DNA of 64,000 bases. Source: Tubulanus polymorphus. Taxonomy: Eukaryota; Animalia; Nemertea. The stretch covers positions 14,998,950-15,062,949 of the forward strand of contig NC_134029.1 of NCBI RefSeq assembly GCF_964204645.1, given 5' to 3'. The notes below the pieces were generated by a model that did not search any database, was not told where the DNA came from, and was given only the letters and a program-made list of their open reading frames with translations. Both the position numbers and the translations under genes were made by a program. Shown here piece after piece: positions 37,605 through 51,345 of the stretch (its first letter is position 1; the number at the start of each line of letters is the position of its first letter).

Positions 37605-40600
37605 ATGGAAGCAAATAAGAAGTACTACTGTTCAACATGTAGAATCAATATAGATAAATCCCAAAAATCAAGACACAATAAAACTAAAACACATTTAGAG
37701 AACAAATTGAAACTAGAATATGAAGATGATATATTAGAAACTAAATTAGATGAATTAAAGAATGAAAAAGAAACATACAAATGTGATACATGTAATCAAT
37801 CATTCAGTGATAAAAGATGATATAAAAGATTATAATGAACTTTTAAAATCTAAAAGTCATATTAGAAATATGAATAATGATATTTTAGGTGAAGATTATT
37901 TTGATAATGATAAGAAACATAAGACAATTAAAAGAATAAGAAATAAATTAAACAATAAAAGACCATACATGGAAGATGTAAGAAATTATATTAATTCATT
38001 AGATAATAAAAAAGATATAGAGATAACCGAAGCATTTAAAAGTGATATTGGTCCAGCAGCTATTGAGTTTAAATTTCATAAGGGAAAAACATTAGAAGAA
38101 AATAAAAAACATTTAGAAAATATGAAAAATATTATAAAAATAATTACAGATGTTGAATACCCTAAAATGTGTATATCAGTTAAAGTAAAGTTTATAAAAC
38201 CTGAAGATAAACCAATATATAATATAAATTCTCATTCACAACATATTATTTCAAAACAACATATAGATGATAAATTAGATAAATGTTATAATGAAGTAAA
38301 AACTAAAATAGAAGAGAAATATTTTGAAGGATCTGGTTTAATATTTTTAGATTAACACATTATAAACCATTTGAAAATAATTATAAGATATATAATTATC
38401 CTGTTAGAATTAAAAATATCCCAAAAATAGAAAGAGATAATAATTTAAGAATAAATGTTTTTGATTTAATCAAATTGCCAAATACAAAAGGTAACAATAT
38501 AAGACATTATACATTAGAACCTTTATACCTATCAAAAGATTATGATTCAAATGATGTTATAGATATATTATATTATGAGAATCATTATATGTGGATTAAA
38601 CAAATAGATTTACTTTTTAAATCAGAAAATGATCACCATAAAATATATCTTTGTAGAAAATGTTTACATAGATTCAGTAATGAAAGTACATTATTAAATC
38701 ATAAACAATTATGTGAAAATCATGATTATTGTAAATTAGTTTTACCAAATGAAAATGATAAAATATTAGAATTCAAAAAATATGATTACAAAAATAAAGT
38801 TCCATTTGTAATATATGGAGATTTTGAATCAATAAATAAAGAATTAACTGATCAAGATAGAAAAGAAATATATTATAAAAGAAAGAAATTAAATTCTAAT
38901 GAAAATAATATAATTGATTATTCAGATCCCCCAAAAACAAATACAATTAAAAAGATTCATCAATCTGCTGCAGCTTTCGGGTTATATATAAAATCTGATT
39001 ATCCAGAACTAATTAAAAGTGAATATTATCATTATAGAAATGAAAATGTTATCAATCATTTTTGTGACTTATTAATTGAATACGAAATAAGATTTAGTAA
39101 ATTATTGAATACAAATATAGAAATTATAATGACAGAGGAAGATAAAGAAGCATTTGAGTTTGCAAATAAATGTTATTATTGTGAAAAACTATTTAATTAT
39201 AAAGATAAAAAAGTAAGAGACCATGATCATTTGAACAGAAAGTTTAGAGGCGCTGCGCATGAGAATTGTAACTTACAAGCTAAGAAAATTAATTTTGTAC
39301 CAGTTATATTTCATAATCTATCAGGATATGATGCACATTTATTTATCAAACAGTTATGTCATAAAATAGAAGAAATTAATAATGAAATAGAAAGATTAAA
39401 TTCAAATAGATCAAAAGATAAAATACCAACTTATAAATTTAAAATGTTAGCTAGAACATCTGAGAATTACATATCATTCCAATTTGGGTGTTTAAGATTT
39501 ATAGATTCAAATAGTTCATTAGATAACTTATCAAAATCATTAGTTGATGATGAATTAAAAATATCAAAGCAACACTATCCAAATAATGATGATTTTAAAT
39601 TAATGAGATATAAAGGCGCAATTCCATATTCTTTCTATAAAAATCATAATGATTTTAACATAACTGAATTATTGAAAGAACAATTCTATGATGAATTAAA
39701 AAATGAATATGTTAAAGATGAAGTCTATAATAGAACATTGAATATTTGGAATCATTTCAAAATGAAAAATCATGGGCAATTAGTAGATTTATATTTAAAA
39801 TCAGATGTATTATTATTATCGGATATATTCGAAAGGTTTAGAGATGTAAACCTAAAATATTTCAATATTGATCCTTGTCATTGTTATTCTAGCCCAGGTT
39901 TAACATGGGATTGTGGTTTAAAATTAACAGATATAAAATTTACAGATATAAGAATGGATTTGTTAACAAATATAGATCAATTATTATTATTTGAAAAGTC
40001 TATAAGAGGAGGAGTTTCGGGTGTATTAGGGGATAGATATTTCAATGTAAATGATAACCCTGGATATAAATTATTATATATAGATGCAAATAATCTATAT
40101 GGTTGGGCAATGATGGAACCACAGCCTTATGGAGTATTAAAAATAACTGAAGTTTTACAACATGAAAATAATGACAAATTTGATTGGAAGAAAAGAATCC
40201 TAGATATTGCAGATGATTCAGATACTGGTTACTTTTTGGTTGTAGATTTAGAGTATCCTGAACATATTAAATTTAAATCTAGAAATCTAGCATACTGCCC
40301 CGAACATAAAACTGTAACTCATGAAGAATTATCAAATTATCAAAAAAGAATTAAACCCGAAAATCATATTCATACAGAAAAGTTAATGGTAACTCAAGAA
40401 GATAAATATAATTATGTAGTACATTATAGAATGTTGAAGTTTTATTTGAATCAAGGAATGATTCTAAAAAAAGTACATAGATATATTTCATTTAGCCAAT
40501 CTAAGTGGTTAGAAAAATATATAGATTTTAACACCAAACAGAGAACTGAAGCTAAAACTGATTTTGAGAAAGATTTCTTCAAGTTAATGAACAATGAATT

Positions 40601-41417
40601 CTATGGTAAGACTTGTGAAAATATTAGAAATAGAAATGATATTGAGTTAGTAAGTAATGGCAAAAGGATAAGGCATTTACAAAAATATCCTAAATTTATA
40701 GGTAACAGAATATTTGATGAAAATTTAGCCGCAGTTAAAATGAGAAGAACATCAATGAAATTTAATAAACCAATTTATGTTGGAGCATCAGTTTTAGAAA
40801 TATCAAAGTTATTAATGTATGAATTCTATTATAATGTATTACAACCTCATTTTTGAGAAAAACATATAGAAATCCTATATTTTGATACCGATTCTTACAT
40901 ATTAAAGATAAAAACAAATAACATAACTGATGATTTAAAAACATTAAAACATCATTTTGATTTCAGTAACTATCCTAAAGATCATGAATTGTTTAGCAAT
41001 GATAATAAAAAAGTTCCTGGTATATTCAAAGATGAATTAGGTGGTGAAGAAATGATTGAATTCATTGGTATTAGATCTAAAATGTATTCATATAAAACTA
41101 AAGAACATGAAGCTAAAAAGTTAAACGGAATAACCAAAAGTGTAGTAGAAAAGAATATTCATTTCAAAGATTACATCAATTGTATATTCAATGAAGTAGT
41201 TAGAAAACATAAGATGAAATGTTTAAGATCAGAAGAGCATGAAATGTTTATTGAAGAGATAGAGAAGATAAGTCTAAACCCATTTGATGATAAAAGATAT
41301 ATCTTAGATGATGGAATTCATACAGTTGCTTATGGTTGTAATTTAGATGAATACTTAAAATTTAAAAGAGAAGAAACAAAAGAGAACGAGATAATGAAAA
41401 GAATTCTAACGTGTTAA
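37605..41417 (+). pseudogene. polB: Protein-primed family B DNA polymerase (split: 37605-37820, 37762-38355, 38475-40856, 40989-41417)
   Basis: Exonuclease YGDFES and FHNLSGYDAH; EndoVII-like CYYC..RDHDH..GAAHENCN insert; YIDANNLYGWAM; KLMNNEFYGK; YFDTDS lies just after an in-frame TGA at 40854-40856; N-terminal Zn fingers. Confidence 0.93.
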
Positions 41418-41446
41418 TCAAATTTTAATAAAAATATGTTATTAAA

Positions 41447-41800
41447 ATGGAGAGTAAACAAGCGCACAGTGAGAACAACAAATTATTTCTAGATAGAATA
41501 AAAGATACTTCAAATGTCAAATCAGTAGATTATAAATTTAAGAAGTTAAAAGAATTAACAATCCATAAGAAATATCTAATTACAGATATTGTTACAGTTA
41601 CTAACAAATATGGAGATAAATTAGTTATATACTTAGAATATGAAGGATTAAAAGGAAATACATATAAATTCAGAACATATTTACCAGATAGATTTCATAG
41701 ATTATCAAGTGAAGATCTAGAAGAATTATGTTCTGGTGATTTCTATTTCGTATACAAAGGTAAGAATGAAAAGGGGCACCATGAAATAGATTTCGAATAA
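41447..41800 (+). CDS. Small Polinton protein of unknown function (117 aa)
   Basis: Intact ORF directly after polB, with the same TATTAAAATGGA start context as polB. Confidence 0.65.
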   Translation: MESKQAHSENNKLFLDRIKDTSNVKSVDYKFKKLKELTIHKKYLITDIVTVTNKYGDKLVIYLEYEGLKGNTYKFRTYLPDRFHRLSSEDLEELCSGDFYFVYKGKNEKGHHEIDFE

Positions 41801-41817
41801 GAAAATATGTAAAATAA

Positions 41818-42575
41818 ATGGTAGAATTAAAAGAATACAGAATATTTGTTGATTCTAGAAGGCTTACAAATTATAAATCACATAATTTACTAGTACAATT
41901 AGATAGGGAATATAAAAATTGTGTAGATTTAAAATTAGTTAATATAAGTTTATGTAATTCTTTTTATAATATAACGGATAAAACTATTGATGATAATACT
42001 TTCTTAATTCATATTAGAAATGTAAATAAATGGTTTCATCTAATTTTAAAACCAGGATTATATAATTTAGAAACATTAGCTCAAGAAATTAATCGAAGAA
42101 CACGGTTGAAAATTTGAAGAGATGATAAATTTTTAATTAGATTTATAAAAAGTGATAGCACAAATAAAATTAAAATAAAGGTATATGATGAAAGTCAACA
42201 TGCATTTATGGTAAAAAACCTATAGCTAAACTGTTAGGAATTGTACCAGATACTGTTACAGGAAACGTAGATGGTAATTCAAATTTAATGACTTTTACAC
42301 ACTTTTATATTTATTGCAATTTAATTGATCCTACAAAAACATTTGCAGCAACTAAAGATACAATTTGTAATTCTAGTATATTAAATATTTTACCATTAAA
42401 AAATGTTAAACAATTTGGAACTCAAATAAATTATAATTTAACAGAATGTGATTTTAAACCTTGCATTCCTAAATTCAATAATTTTAGATTAGAAGTAAGA
42501 AATCATAATGGATACTTAATTGATTTAAATAACTTTCTTGTAATTTATGAATTAATTATAAGATGTAAAGAGTAA
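41818..42575 (+). pseudogene. Minor capsid (penton-like) protein, disrupted
   Basis: DSRR..LVQLDREY..LVNISLCNSFYNI..LKPGLYNLETL and FYIYCNLI..ILNILPL..LEVRNHNGYLIDLN patterns, resembling Polinton minor capsid; stops between 42117 and 42288. Confidence 0.7.
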
Positions 42576-42947
42576 TTTTTTTGATATATAAATGAATATA
42601 ACTGTTGGACCGAGTATATGTTTTGGATTTGATTTTAAACGTGTGAAAGAAATGAAATTTAACATTAATGATGTAATAACACATCAAAAATATTACATTT
42701 TCTAATGAAACAACATTTGAGTATGAAACAACAATAGATAAAGAAACTTTAAATGTAGAAAAGATTACTTATTTAATTAGAGAATATTTAAGATTTTATG
42801 AATTAGATGAAGGTTTTATCATTGATGATATAAAGAAAATAATAATTGAAATATATACAAATGAAACTAGTAATGAAATAAATGTTGAAATAATTATAAC
42901 TAAGATAACTAAATATTTTGAAGAAAGTAATTTTTTTTGATAAATAA

Positions 42948-43177
42948 ATGAGTGATAATAAGTGGATAATAACTGGATTATATAATGGCGCATTACTATC
43001 AGTTGGAACTGTTGGTTATTCAATGGTATTAAAAAAGTATTTAAAATGGGAAGTGTTAATGTTGATCGATTTGATATAAATGATATTTTAAAATTAACAT
43101 TAGCGGTTACTTTATCTAATTTAACTATTGATTATTTGGAAAAACAAAAATATATTCCTCCCATATAAATGCGTAAT
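42948..43177 (+). pseudogene. Small hydrophobic Polinton protein, frameshifted (absent from ORF track)
   Basis: TAAATG start; MSDNKWIITGLYNGALLSVGTVGYSMVLKK...KLTLAVTLSNLTIDYLEKQKYIPP. Confidence 0.55.
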
Positions 43178-43192
43178 TATTTTACTAAATAA

Positions 43193-43615
43193 ATGGCTTC
43201 TGCAATTATAACTATTATAGGATCGGCAATTGTTAACGCTTTAGCATTTACTGGTGGCGGATATTTATTTAAACATATTGATAAAAGTGGTTCATTATCA
43301 GAACAAAAAAGACATAACTTAGCATTAGAAAAATATAATAAAGCTGCAGAAGAATATAGAGAAAAAAGACAAAACTATATGGATTATATTAACAAAGAAT
43401 TATATGATCAGAAGATTTCACATAGAGATTTTCAATCAGTTGATGATGCAATGAGTTTATATAACGCGGTAACCAATAAAGAAAAATTACATCTATACGA
43501 ACCTAATTTATCAGATTATTATACCCCAAGTAAAGAACAACAGAAATATGAAATAATATGGATTTTAGGTGGAACAGTTATTGTTATATTTGTAGCATAT
43601 AGATTTACTAATTAG
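43193..43615 (+). CDS. Polinton protein with hydrophobic N- and C-termini and a coiled middle (140 aa)
   Basis: Intact ORF with TAAATG start; MASAIITIIGSAIVNALAFTGGGYLF...IIWILGGTVIVIFVAY. Confidence 0.75.
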   Translation: MASAIITIIGSAIVNALAFTGGGYLFKHIDKSGSLSEQKRHNLALEKYNKAAEEYREKRQNYMDYINKELYDQKISHRDFQSVDDAMSLYNAVTNKEKLHLYEPNLSDYYTPSKEQQKYEIIWILGGTVIVIFVAYRFTN

Positions 43616-43635
43616 TAATTTTTTTTGCTAAATAA

Positions 43636-44061
43636 ATGGATGATAATATTGATATTATTCCTCATGATATAAATAAAACTAAATTAAAAACATATTTAGA
43701 AAAAGAAATATTAGAATTTGAAAATGATTTAAATGTTAAAAAGAAAAAATATTTAAAAAGTAAAATTATATATTATTTTATTATCAGTGGTTCAGTTACA
43801 ATTAGTTCTGTAATAACATTTCTAGCAATATTCAGTCCATTAACACCTTTAGCTATATCAATTGGTGTATTAGGATTATCATCAAGTGTTTCAACTGGTA
43901 TAAGTTCAAAATTAAATATAAAAAGTAATAAAGAAAAAATTAAAACTAAAATAAAAGAGATTAATAAATTGAAAAATACACTAGATTATATAATAAGTTT
44001 AAATGGTCATATAACAGTTGAAGAACAAGATAAATTATTAAAAGAATTAATAAATTATTAA
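43636..44061 (+). CDS. Predicted two-TM / coiled-coil protein (141 aa)
   Basis: Intact ORF with TAAATG start and a central hydrophobic hairpin. Confidence 0.7.
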   Translation: MDDNIDIIPHDINKTKLKTYLEKEILEFENDLNVKKKKYLKSKIIYYFIISGSVTISSVITFLAIFSPLTPLAISIGVLGLSSSVSTGISSKLNIKSNKEKIKTKIKEINKLKNTLDYIISLNGHITVEEQDKLLKELINY

Positions 44062-44077
44062 TTTTTTTATTATATAA

Positions 44078-45426
44078 ATGGTAGATCGTTTTCCTAAAGC
44101 TTTCCAATATAATAAATCAATTGAATATAATATTCCTGCAATAGATTTTAATAAAGATATTTCATATAGAAATGAAGTTTTAAATTCATTAATTGATTTA
44201 TATATTTATGTTACTGAAACTAATTATTTTAATGTTAAGATGGAAAATATATTTCATGTGTATAGAATTAGTTTTAAAAATTTAAATGAGGCAAATCAAT
44301 GGTTATTAAAATCTAATATGAATTATTGGCAGAACCAATTAAATTTTGCTGTTTATTGCGCAACAACAGAGTGTGGAATAAGTTGGAATGATCATTTGAA
44401 TAAACCAAGTTTACCATTGATGTTATCACTTTTTAGATTTCATACTTATTTTCAAATAAAATTAATATTAGATGAATTAGAATGTCCTTTACCAGGTTCA
44501 AAATATTTCAAAGAATTGAATAATAATATTAATTTAAGTTTTATAAAATATGTAATGAATTTAATATTAATTCAAATAATGATTTTAGAGCAAAAATTGG
44601 AACAATGGGTGGATTAGGAATATTGTATACTAAAGAATTTGGAAAAATAATGACAAATTCAGATATAAGAACACTAAATTGGAATGAATTACCAAAATAT
44701 TATAATAATATACGACAACAAAATAATAATGGTTGGGTTAATTTCATTTTAGAAAATAGTGAAGGTTTTACTAAAGCTGGTATACAAAGAATAAATCAAT
44801 CAATTAGAACTTATTTGATATGTATTCTAGGTGCGCAAGTTGAAACAAGATCACCAATAGTTGGAAATGATAACACTTCATTCGATGCGCAGAAACAATT
44901 CAAAGTATTATTTGAGGATTCAATTCATAATGATAAAAATAGATCGATTCCAGAAAACATTGTAAGATATCAAAATTATTTAGATAAATCACATATTAGA
45001 TTAAATTATTGTGTAGGTCCTAATCTATAAATTATTTCTAATGATTTAGTATTAAAGATGGGAAATATAATTGGTTATAATAATCTAATTAAAACTGCAA
45101 CAATAAATAATTCATTTGGATTGAATGATATAAATAAAAAGATTATTACTGCTCCAAAATTAATGAAAGGTGAAAAAAATAAAAAACATATTCAATCAAC
45201 AGAAACTAAAACTAAGAATATTAAATTAAATAATGATTCTAAAATAAAAGATTACAATACATCAGAAAATGGTGCCATACGGCACCCACACGGTGATATA
45301 AAAACTGATAATATTCAACATGATATAATTAAAACTAATAATGATAATAAAACCCATGAAAATGCTAAATTAGCCATAACTTGTATAGGAATTGTAATCG
45401 GAGGAATACTATATTTTAAATTTTAA
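44078..45426 (+). pseudogene. Polinton protein of unknown function with C-terminal TM, split in three
   Basis: Consecutive fragments 44078-44617, 44605-45030 and 45058-45426 joined by a frameshift and a stop; WQNQLNFAVYCATTECGISW; terminal LAITCIGIVIGGILYF. Confidence 0.65.
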
Positions 45427-45442
45427 TTTTCTTATTATGTAA

Positions 45443-47150
45443 ATGACAGAAAATATTCCATTGGATACTTTTGATGAACCCGGTATAAGTGATGAACCAC
45501 AACCTGATTTTAATGAAACTAATATTGATAATGATGATGGACCAGCATATAATACTAATTTAGGTGAAGATGATGATTATGATGATGATTATGATGGAAT
45601 TAATTCCGAAGTACGTGAACAATTAAATAAATATTTAGAAGCTCCTGAAAGTGGTAGAATTTCGACTAGAACAGAAAGAAAAGAATTTATGAATCTATTA
45701 GAAAAAGAACAAGAAGAATATCCTGATAAACCCATGGAATTATATAGAATGAAATCTAGAGTAACAGATACAATTGTTAACGAATTATTGCCAAAAGTTG
45801 TAATAGATGAAATTGATTCAGAAGATGTTGTAATGCAAATCTTAGAAGATGACCCATTTTTAATGAATAATTTAGAATTTAAAAATGATTCATGGTATTA
45901 TAATCTTGAATTAAATAGGAATACTGTAACAATTCAATTATCTAGAATGGGACAAGAAAATATGTTTGAACCTGGAATGTTAGCATTATCTAAAATTGAA
46001 GGTTCAAAAGGCGGTAGAGAATTTCTCAGAATTATATGGAATGCACTCGATAGAATAAATGAAGAAGAACCAATTCCTAATATTGATATAAACAAATATT
46101 CACCATTTAAAAATCCAAATCCAAATCCTACTGATGTTGATCCAGAAATGGAAGAGTATGGAGATCGATTAGATAAATTAAGATCTTCAACACCCGAAAC
46201 ATCGAGAAGAGATATTCAACAAATTGATAATGATTCAAGCCAATTACAATTAGGAAAACATTTAGATAACTTACTGGATACAATGAATTCATTTGAAGAA
46301 GAGATGAATAGTGTTTTAGATTCAGCCGGTACTGAAATTGGAATAAATCGAATACAATCTTTACTAGAAAAAGGATTATTTGATTTAACTGATGTTGAAT
46401 TGGAAGCATTTCCTGAACAAACACGTAGAAAAATTAAAGGTATGCAAGAATCAGCTGATAAAATTGCGCATGATAAAAGTATGAGATTTTAAAATTAGAT
46501 TTTTAGAAAAAGAATTAACTGATAAAAATAAAGAAATAGAACAATTAAAGTCTGATCTTGATCATCAAGTAATTGATGAAATAGAATATAGACAAAAAGA
46601 ATTACGTTTAGAAAAAGAAAAAGATGATTTAAAATATAACATAGAATTACAAAAAGAAGAAATTAAATTATTATTAAAATCCTATGATTATAATATTAAT
46701 AGATTAAAAGTTATTTTAAAAGATTTGTTGATAAAACCAAATTCTGAAATATCATTAAAAGATAGAATAAAGTTATTATTCAAATTAGAAGGTATAACAA
46801 TTCTTTCAATTCTAACAGCTGTAACTATGTTATTTACAACAATTGGTTTAGCTATATCAAATTCACTGAAATCTACACCTACTCCCAATAAACCGGATAA
46901 ACCCCCGAATGATAATAATTCTATACAAGATAAAGTTAAAGATGGTTTAAAGAAATTAGCAAAATATTTATGGGAACTATCTAAAAAATCTGCTGCAGCA
47001 TTTCCCGGAATTATTGCATCAATTGTTGGTTTTATATTGAAATCTGCAGGGAATATTCTTAACTTTGCTGCTGAACATATTATTTCATTTTTAATTACAG
47101 TTGTAAGTGCTATTATTTTTGGGTTAGTAAACATGATAAAAAATAAATAA
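45443..47150 (+). pseudogene. Large acidic/coiled-coil protein with hydrophobic/amphipathic C-terminal domain, split
   Basis: 45443-46492 acidic; coiled linker; 46725-47150 RIKLLFKLEGITILSILTAV...KSAAAFPGIIASIVGFIL. Confidence 0.6.
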
Positions 47151-47170
47151 TTAAATTTTTTGTTAAATAA

Positions 47171-48401
47171 ATGAGTGGGAGTTATATCAATCCTTCTAAG
47201 AATCATAGAATATCTAATGCTATTAAAGCAGAAAGATCACATCATATAATTACTCATAACCCTTCTAATATTAATCCCGATGAAACTTTATATGTTAGAA
47301 TCCCTCGAGTAACACAAACAAATACTATTTGGATCAGCTGATATAAAAGTAACCGGTAATAATAATAATTATGTTGTTGGTAATGTTGGAAGATATTTGA
47401 TAAAAAAATTAACTATCAAGATTGGTCCAGAAACAGTTTTCTCATTAGATGATTATAATTTATTTATGCATTATGAAGATTTATGGCTAACTAAAGAAAA
47501 TAGAAATAATATGATATTTCAAGGCATCCAATCAGAAAACCAAAATAAATAAAGATCAGAAGCACATAATGCAATATTAACTAATGCTATGGATAAATTG
47601 ATTAAAAGTATATATGGAAGCAAATATAAAATTCCATTAGACTTTGAATTGATAAATAATAATGCGCCACCATATAAATACGCAATTCAAGAAGATGTTA
47701 TATTCAAAATAACATTTGCTCCTGTAAATGAAATTGAAATATCTAGCGTTAATAAAGATATGGGTTATAAATTATCGAATATATGTTTAGAATATGATAC
47801 AGTAACTGATGAAAATATTTCAAGTATAATTCAAACTCAATATAATCAAGGATTTTCATTATTATATGATTATATTGATAAATTTAAAACTGTAACTATT
47901 AATGCAAATGATGAAATTATTAATGAGAATATTAACTTCCCAAGAAGATCTATTAAAGGTATATTAATATTTTTTACCATTGCAACATATACTAATGGTG
48001 CAATAAATGTTGATCATTATTATAATCCTGAAATAACAAAAGTAGAAATAACTATCGAAGGAATAGCAAATAAAATATTTTGTCAAGGAATGAGAATGAT
48101 AGATCAATGGCCAGAAATTAGAAAACATTTTATGAATGAAAAAGTAAAATCATCTGAAAATTGTAATATTAATCAAATTGATTATTATACAGGTAATAAA
48201 TACGCATTATGGTTAGATTTTAGAACAACAGAGGATAATTCATTACATGGTTCTGGAAAAAAATTACAAGATACAAAAGATGGAATACAATTATTCATGA
48301 CAAAGAATAAAGGAATCAAAAATTTTAAAATGTACATTTATATTATATCTGACGCGCAATTAAATATTGTAAATTCTCAATTAAATAGTGTTATGTATTA
48401 G
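47171..48401 (+). pseudogene. Major capsid protein (double jelly-roll type), N-terminus disrupted
   Basis: TAAATG start at 47171 (MSGSYINP..ITHNPSNINPDETLYVRIP); YKIPLDF, LSNICLEYD, NINFPRRSIKGIL, YALWLDFRT..LHGSG; ~410-codon span. Family call from motif recognition only. Confidence 0.72.
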
Positions 48402-48433
48402 AATTTTAACTTTAATAAAAATTTATATAATAA

Positions 48434-48985
48434 ATGGAAGGAGGTAAAGTATATAAACATATTCCATACATCGATACACATGAAAATAATGATGATTTAT
48501 ATTATGTAATACCTTGTTATATAGCTTTGATATTTGATCCTATTTTCAAAATTTATAAAACTAAACTAATAGAAATCGATAATAATAAAAGTGAAGTTGC
48601 TGATAATTTAAGTAATGTAATTGATAATAATGTAATACCTTCTACATCTAATAATGTAATACCTACTACATCTAATAATGTAATACCTTCTACATCTAAT
48701 AATGTAATACCTTCTACATCTAATAATGTAATACCTTCTACATCTAATAATGTAATACCTTCTACATCTTATAATGAAATAATATTAAATTATGATGAAA
48801 ATAGAAATTATTGTGGATATTGTAATAGTGAATTTTCAAACGCTCCATCAAATTGGAATAAACATATGAATACAAAGACACATATTACTAATGTTATAGA
48901 ACGTGTTGGTTTAAGAGAATTTATAGAACACCCATTTAGATATGTTACAAAGTTTGTTTCAAGTAAAAAAGTAAATGGTAAATAA
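48434..48985 (+). CDS. Protein with 6x NNVIPSTS repeat and a C2H2-type Zn finger
   Basis: 24-bp tandem repeat at 48626-48769; CGYC..F...WNKHMNTKTH. Confidence 0.65.
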   Translation: MEGGKVYKHIPYIDTHENNDDLYYVIPCYIALIFDPIFKIYKTKLIEIDNNKSEVADNLSNVIDNNVIPSTSNNVIPTTSNNVIPSTSNNVIPSTSNNVIPSTSNNVIPSTSYNEIILNYDENRNYCGYCNSEFSNAPSNWNKHMNTKTHITNVIERVGLREFIEHPFRYVTKFVSSKKVNGK

Positions 48986-49320
48986 TTATATGAAGATTTA
49001 TTATTAGCAACACCTAATAAAGATGAATTAGATTTAACCGATGCTAATAAAATATTAGGATCAAACATTGTAAATGAAATATTAGGAGCAAACACTAAGA
49101 AAGATGATAATGAAAATATAGTTACAGATAAGCATATTGATATTAAAGATTGTGGACACACTTTTGGTGAAAGATAAAGAAGAAACTATTGATGATGCGG
49201 TAGAAAGGATGAATAAGTATAACAATAAAACAACTATTGATGATGATACGGTAGAGAGTTTGAATAAATTGTTAGGGTCTGATAGTGAAAGTGATTAAGA
49301 TATTAATTATATTTAACTCA

Positions 49321-49630
49321 AATAATAATATTGGTTGAAAATTGTATAAAATTATAGTGAATAAAAAAGGGGGTTTTAAGTATTTAAGGTATATTTGGTA
49401 TCTAATACATATCTAATACATATTATTTGAAAATACCTTAAATTATATTTTTTTTAAAATTTATATTGAAACCTCAGTAATAATAAATAACCTTTATTAT
49501 TTTCAAACTTATTCATATATTAGTTGAAAAAAAATAATAAATTGGTTGAAAATTGTATAAATAATATTTATTTTAAAAAAGGGGGTTTTAAGTATTTAAG
49601 GTATCTGATAGGGTATCTAATACATAGGTA
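49321..49630. repeat. ~100-bp direct duplication at the convergence point of the two Polinton gene blocks
   Basis: ttggttgaaaattgtataaa...aaaaaggggg..tttaagtatttaaggtat..tatctaatacata at ~49331 and ~49542. Confidence 0.75.
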
Positions 49631-49639
49631 TATAAATAG

Positions 49640-50251
49640 TTATTTTATGAATCTATATTCATAGGGAAATTGTAGCCTCAGTAATAATTTTGAACCTTTA
49701 TTATTCTTTAATTTATTCATATATTCATCATGTAATTCAGTAGGTATAATTTGATTTTCTTCCAATGATTGTTGCATAGATTTTTTATCTTTGTTATAAA
49801 ATAAAACTAGAAATCTTATATTCTCGCTAAAGTCTTTAACAATTGAATTATATTTTTGATTTAAAACCCATGTTGTTATCCCAAAATGTCTCCCAGAGAA
49901 AGCTAGGTAACATAACTCACTTTCTCTCAATTTTGAATCATGTAAATTAGCGCAATCATCTATAATGAATAATGTATTTGATCCTTTATAAGTATCAATT
50001 GCTACTTTAATACAATTATCTAAATTTTCTTTTACTGTTTTAGGATCTAATATGATAAACTTTTTTATCTTAACTATATCTCTATTATATGTTTTATTCA
50101 TTTCATAAGTAGGACAGAATAATATTATATTATCAAAATGATTCTTATAAATAGTTTCTAACAAGTCTAATATGAAATGTGTTTTACCACTGTTGGTTAC
50201 CCCAGTTATTTACATATTATGCGGTTCAAATATAAATAAACCTTTATTCAT
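49640..50251 (-). pseudogene. FtsK/A32-like genome-packaging ATPase with an in-frame stop
   Basis: MNKGLFIFEPHNM*ITGVTNSGKT (Walker A), LFIIDDC (Walker B), SGRHFGIT; 204-codon frame. Confidence 0.88.
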
Positions 50252-51339
50252 TTATTCTTTTAATTTTACTAGATAAAATCCATTCATTAAATTTCTCATC
50301 ATACCCTTTATATTTCACCAAAGAATACTTTTTTCCTTTAAGAGTTTTTGTTTTCAATACTTTTTCTATTTTATATTCTATTTCATCTGGATTTGGTACA
50401 CGTGATAATTCTTGTTCATTGAAATAACCTAATATTTCTTCATCTTTTATATCTTCTAATTTATAAACAAAAGGTTTAGTTAATATTATCTTTTTAATCT
50501 TAAATATTTCTTCTGTAAAATTAGAGGTATAACCTTTATAAAAGGTTTTTCTATATTTAGATATTCTAACGTGTTGTCCAATTTTAAATTTTGGTTCACC
50601 GAAATCATGTGTAACATATGCTCCATATAAATTATTCCATACTATTTCTGAATTATCTTCTTTTCTAGCTTGTATAGGTTTCATATTTATAGAACTATGT
50701 TTAGAATTATTATAACCTTTCACTAAATCATCTAATACATCGATATATTTATATGTTTCATTAGCAGTAAAATATTTCCACATTCTAGTTTTCAATGTTT
50801 TATTAAATCTTTCTATAATATATGCTTTTTTATCTGAGTGTGTTGAAAAATAATCTACATCGTTATCAGATAATAGTTTTTTGAAATGTTTGTTATAAAA
50901 TTCCTTACCTTCATCAAATTGTATCTTATCTGGAATAGCTTCTTTAAATATTGATTTAAAAGCATTTGTTACTTCTATACCAGTTTTATTTTTGATTGGA
51001 ATTGACCATGCGTATCTACTGAATATATCTATAACATTCATTATCCAGAAATATCCTTTGTTGTATTCTTCTAAGTTCTTCATGTCAATTAAATCAGCTT
51101 GCCATTGTTGATCGATATATGAAACCATAACTTTTCTTGTTAAATAAGTTTTATCCATTTTCTCATGGATTTGATGATGATGTTGGTTGATTTTGTAATC
51201 ATGATTTTAATTCACTATATTTCATATTACCATTTTCTTTATCAGATTTAATTTTATCCCATAATTCTGAAACGCTAGAATATGATACTTCACTTGCTGG
51301 GTTATAATATAACTCTCTTCAATATTGCTCTTTTTTCAT
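50244..51339 (-). pseudogene. int: Retroviral-type (rve) integrase with C-terminal chromodomain; 5' end frameshifted
   Basis: WQADL, IDIFSRYAW, QFDEGKEF, ERFNKTLK (DDE); YKIEKVLK..LVKYKGYDEKFNEWI; upstream YYNPAS remnant. Confidence 0.92.
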
Positions 51340-51345
51340 CTTATT

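Noticed and set aside
46688-47206. Minus-strand 172-aa ORF (also 46128-46424, 48808-49161, 42796-43023)
   Set aside because: Antisense shadows of + strand Polinton genes, with no start cassette.
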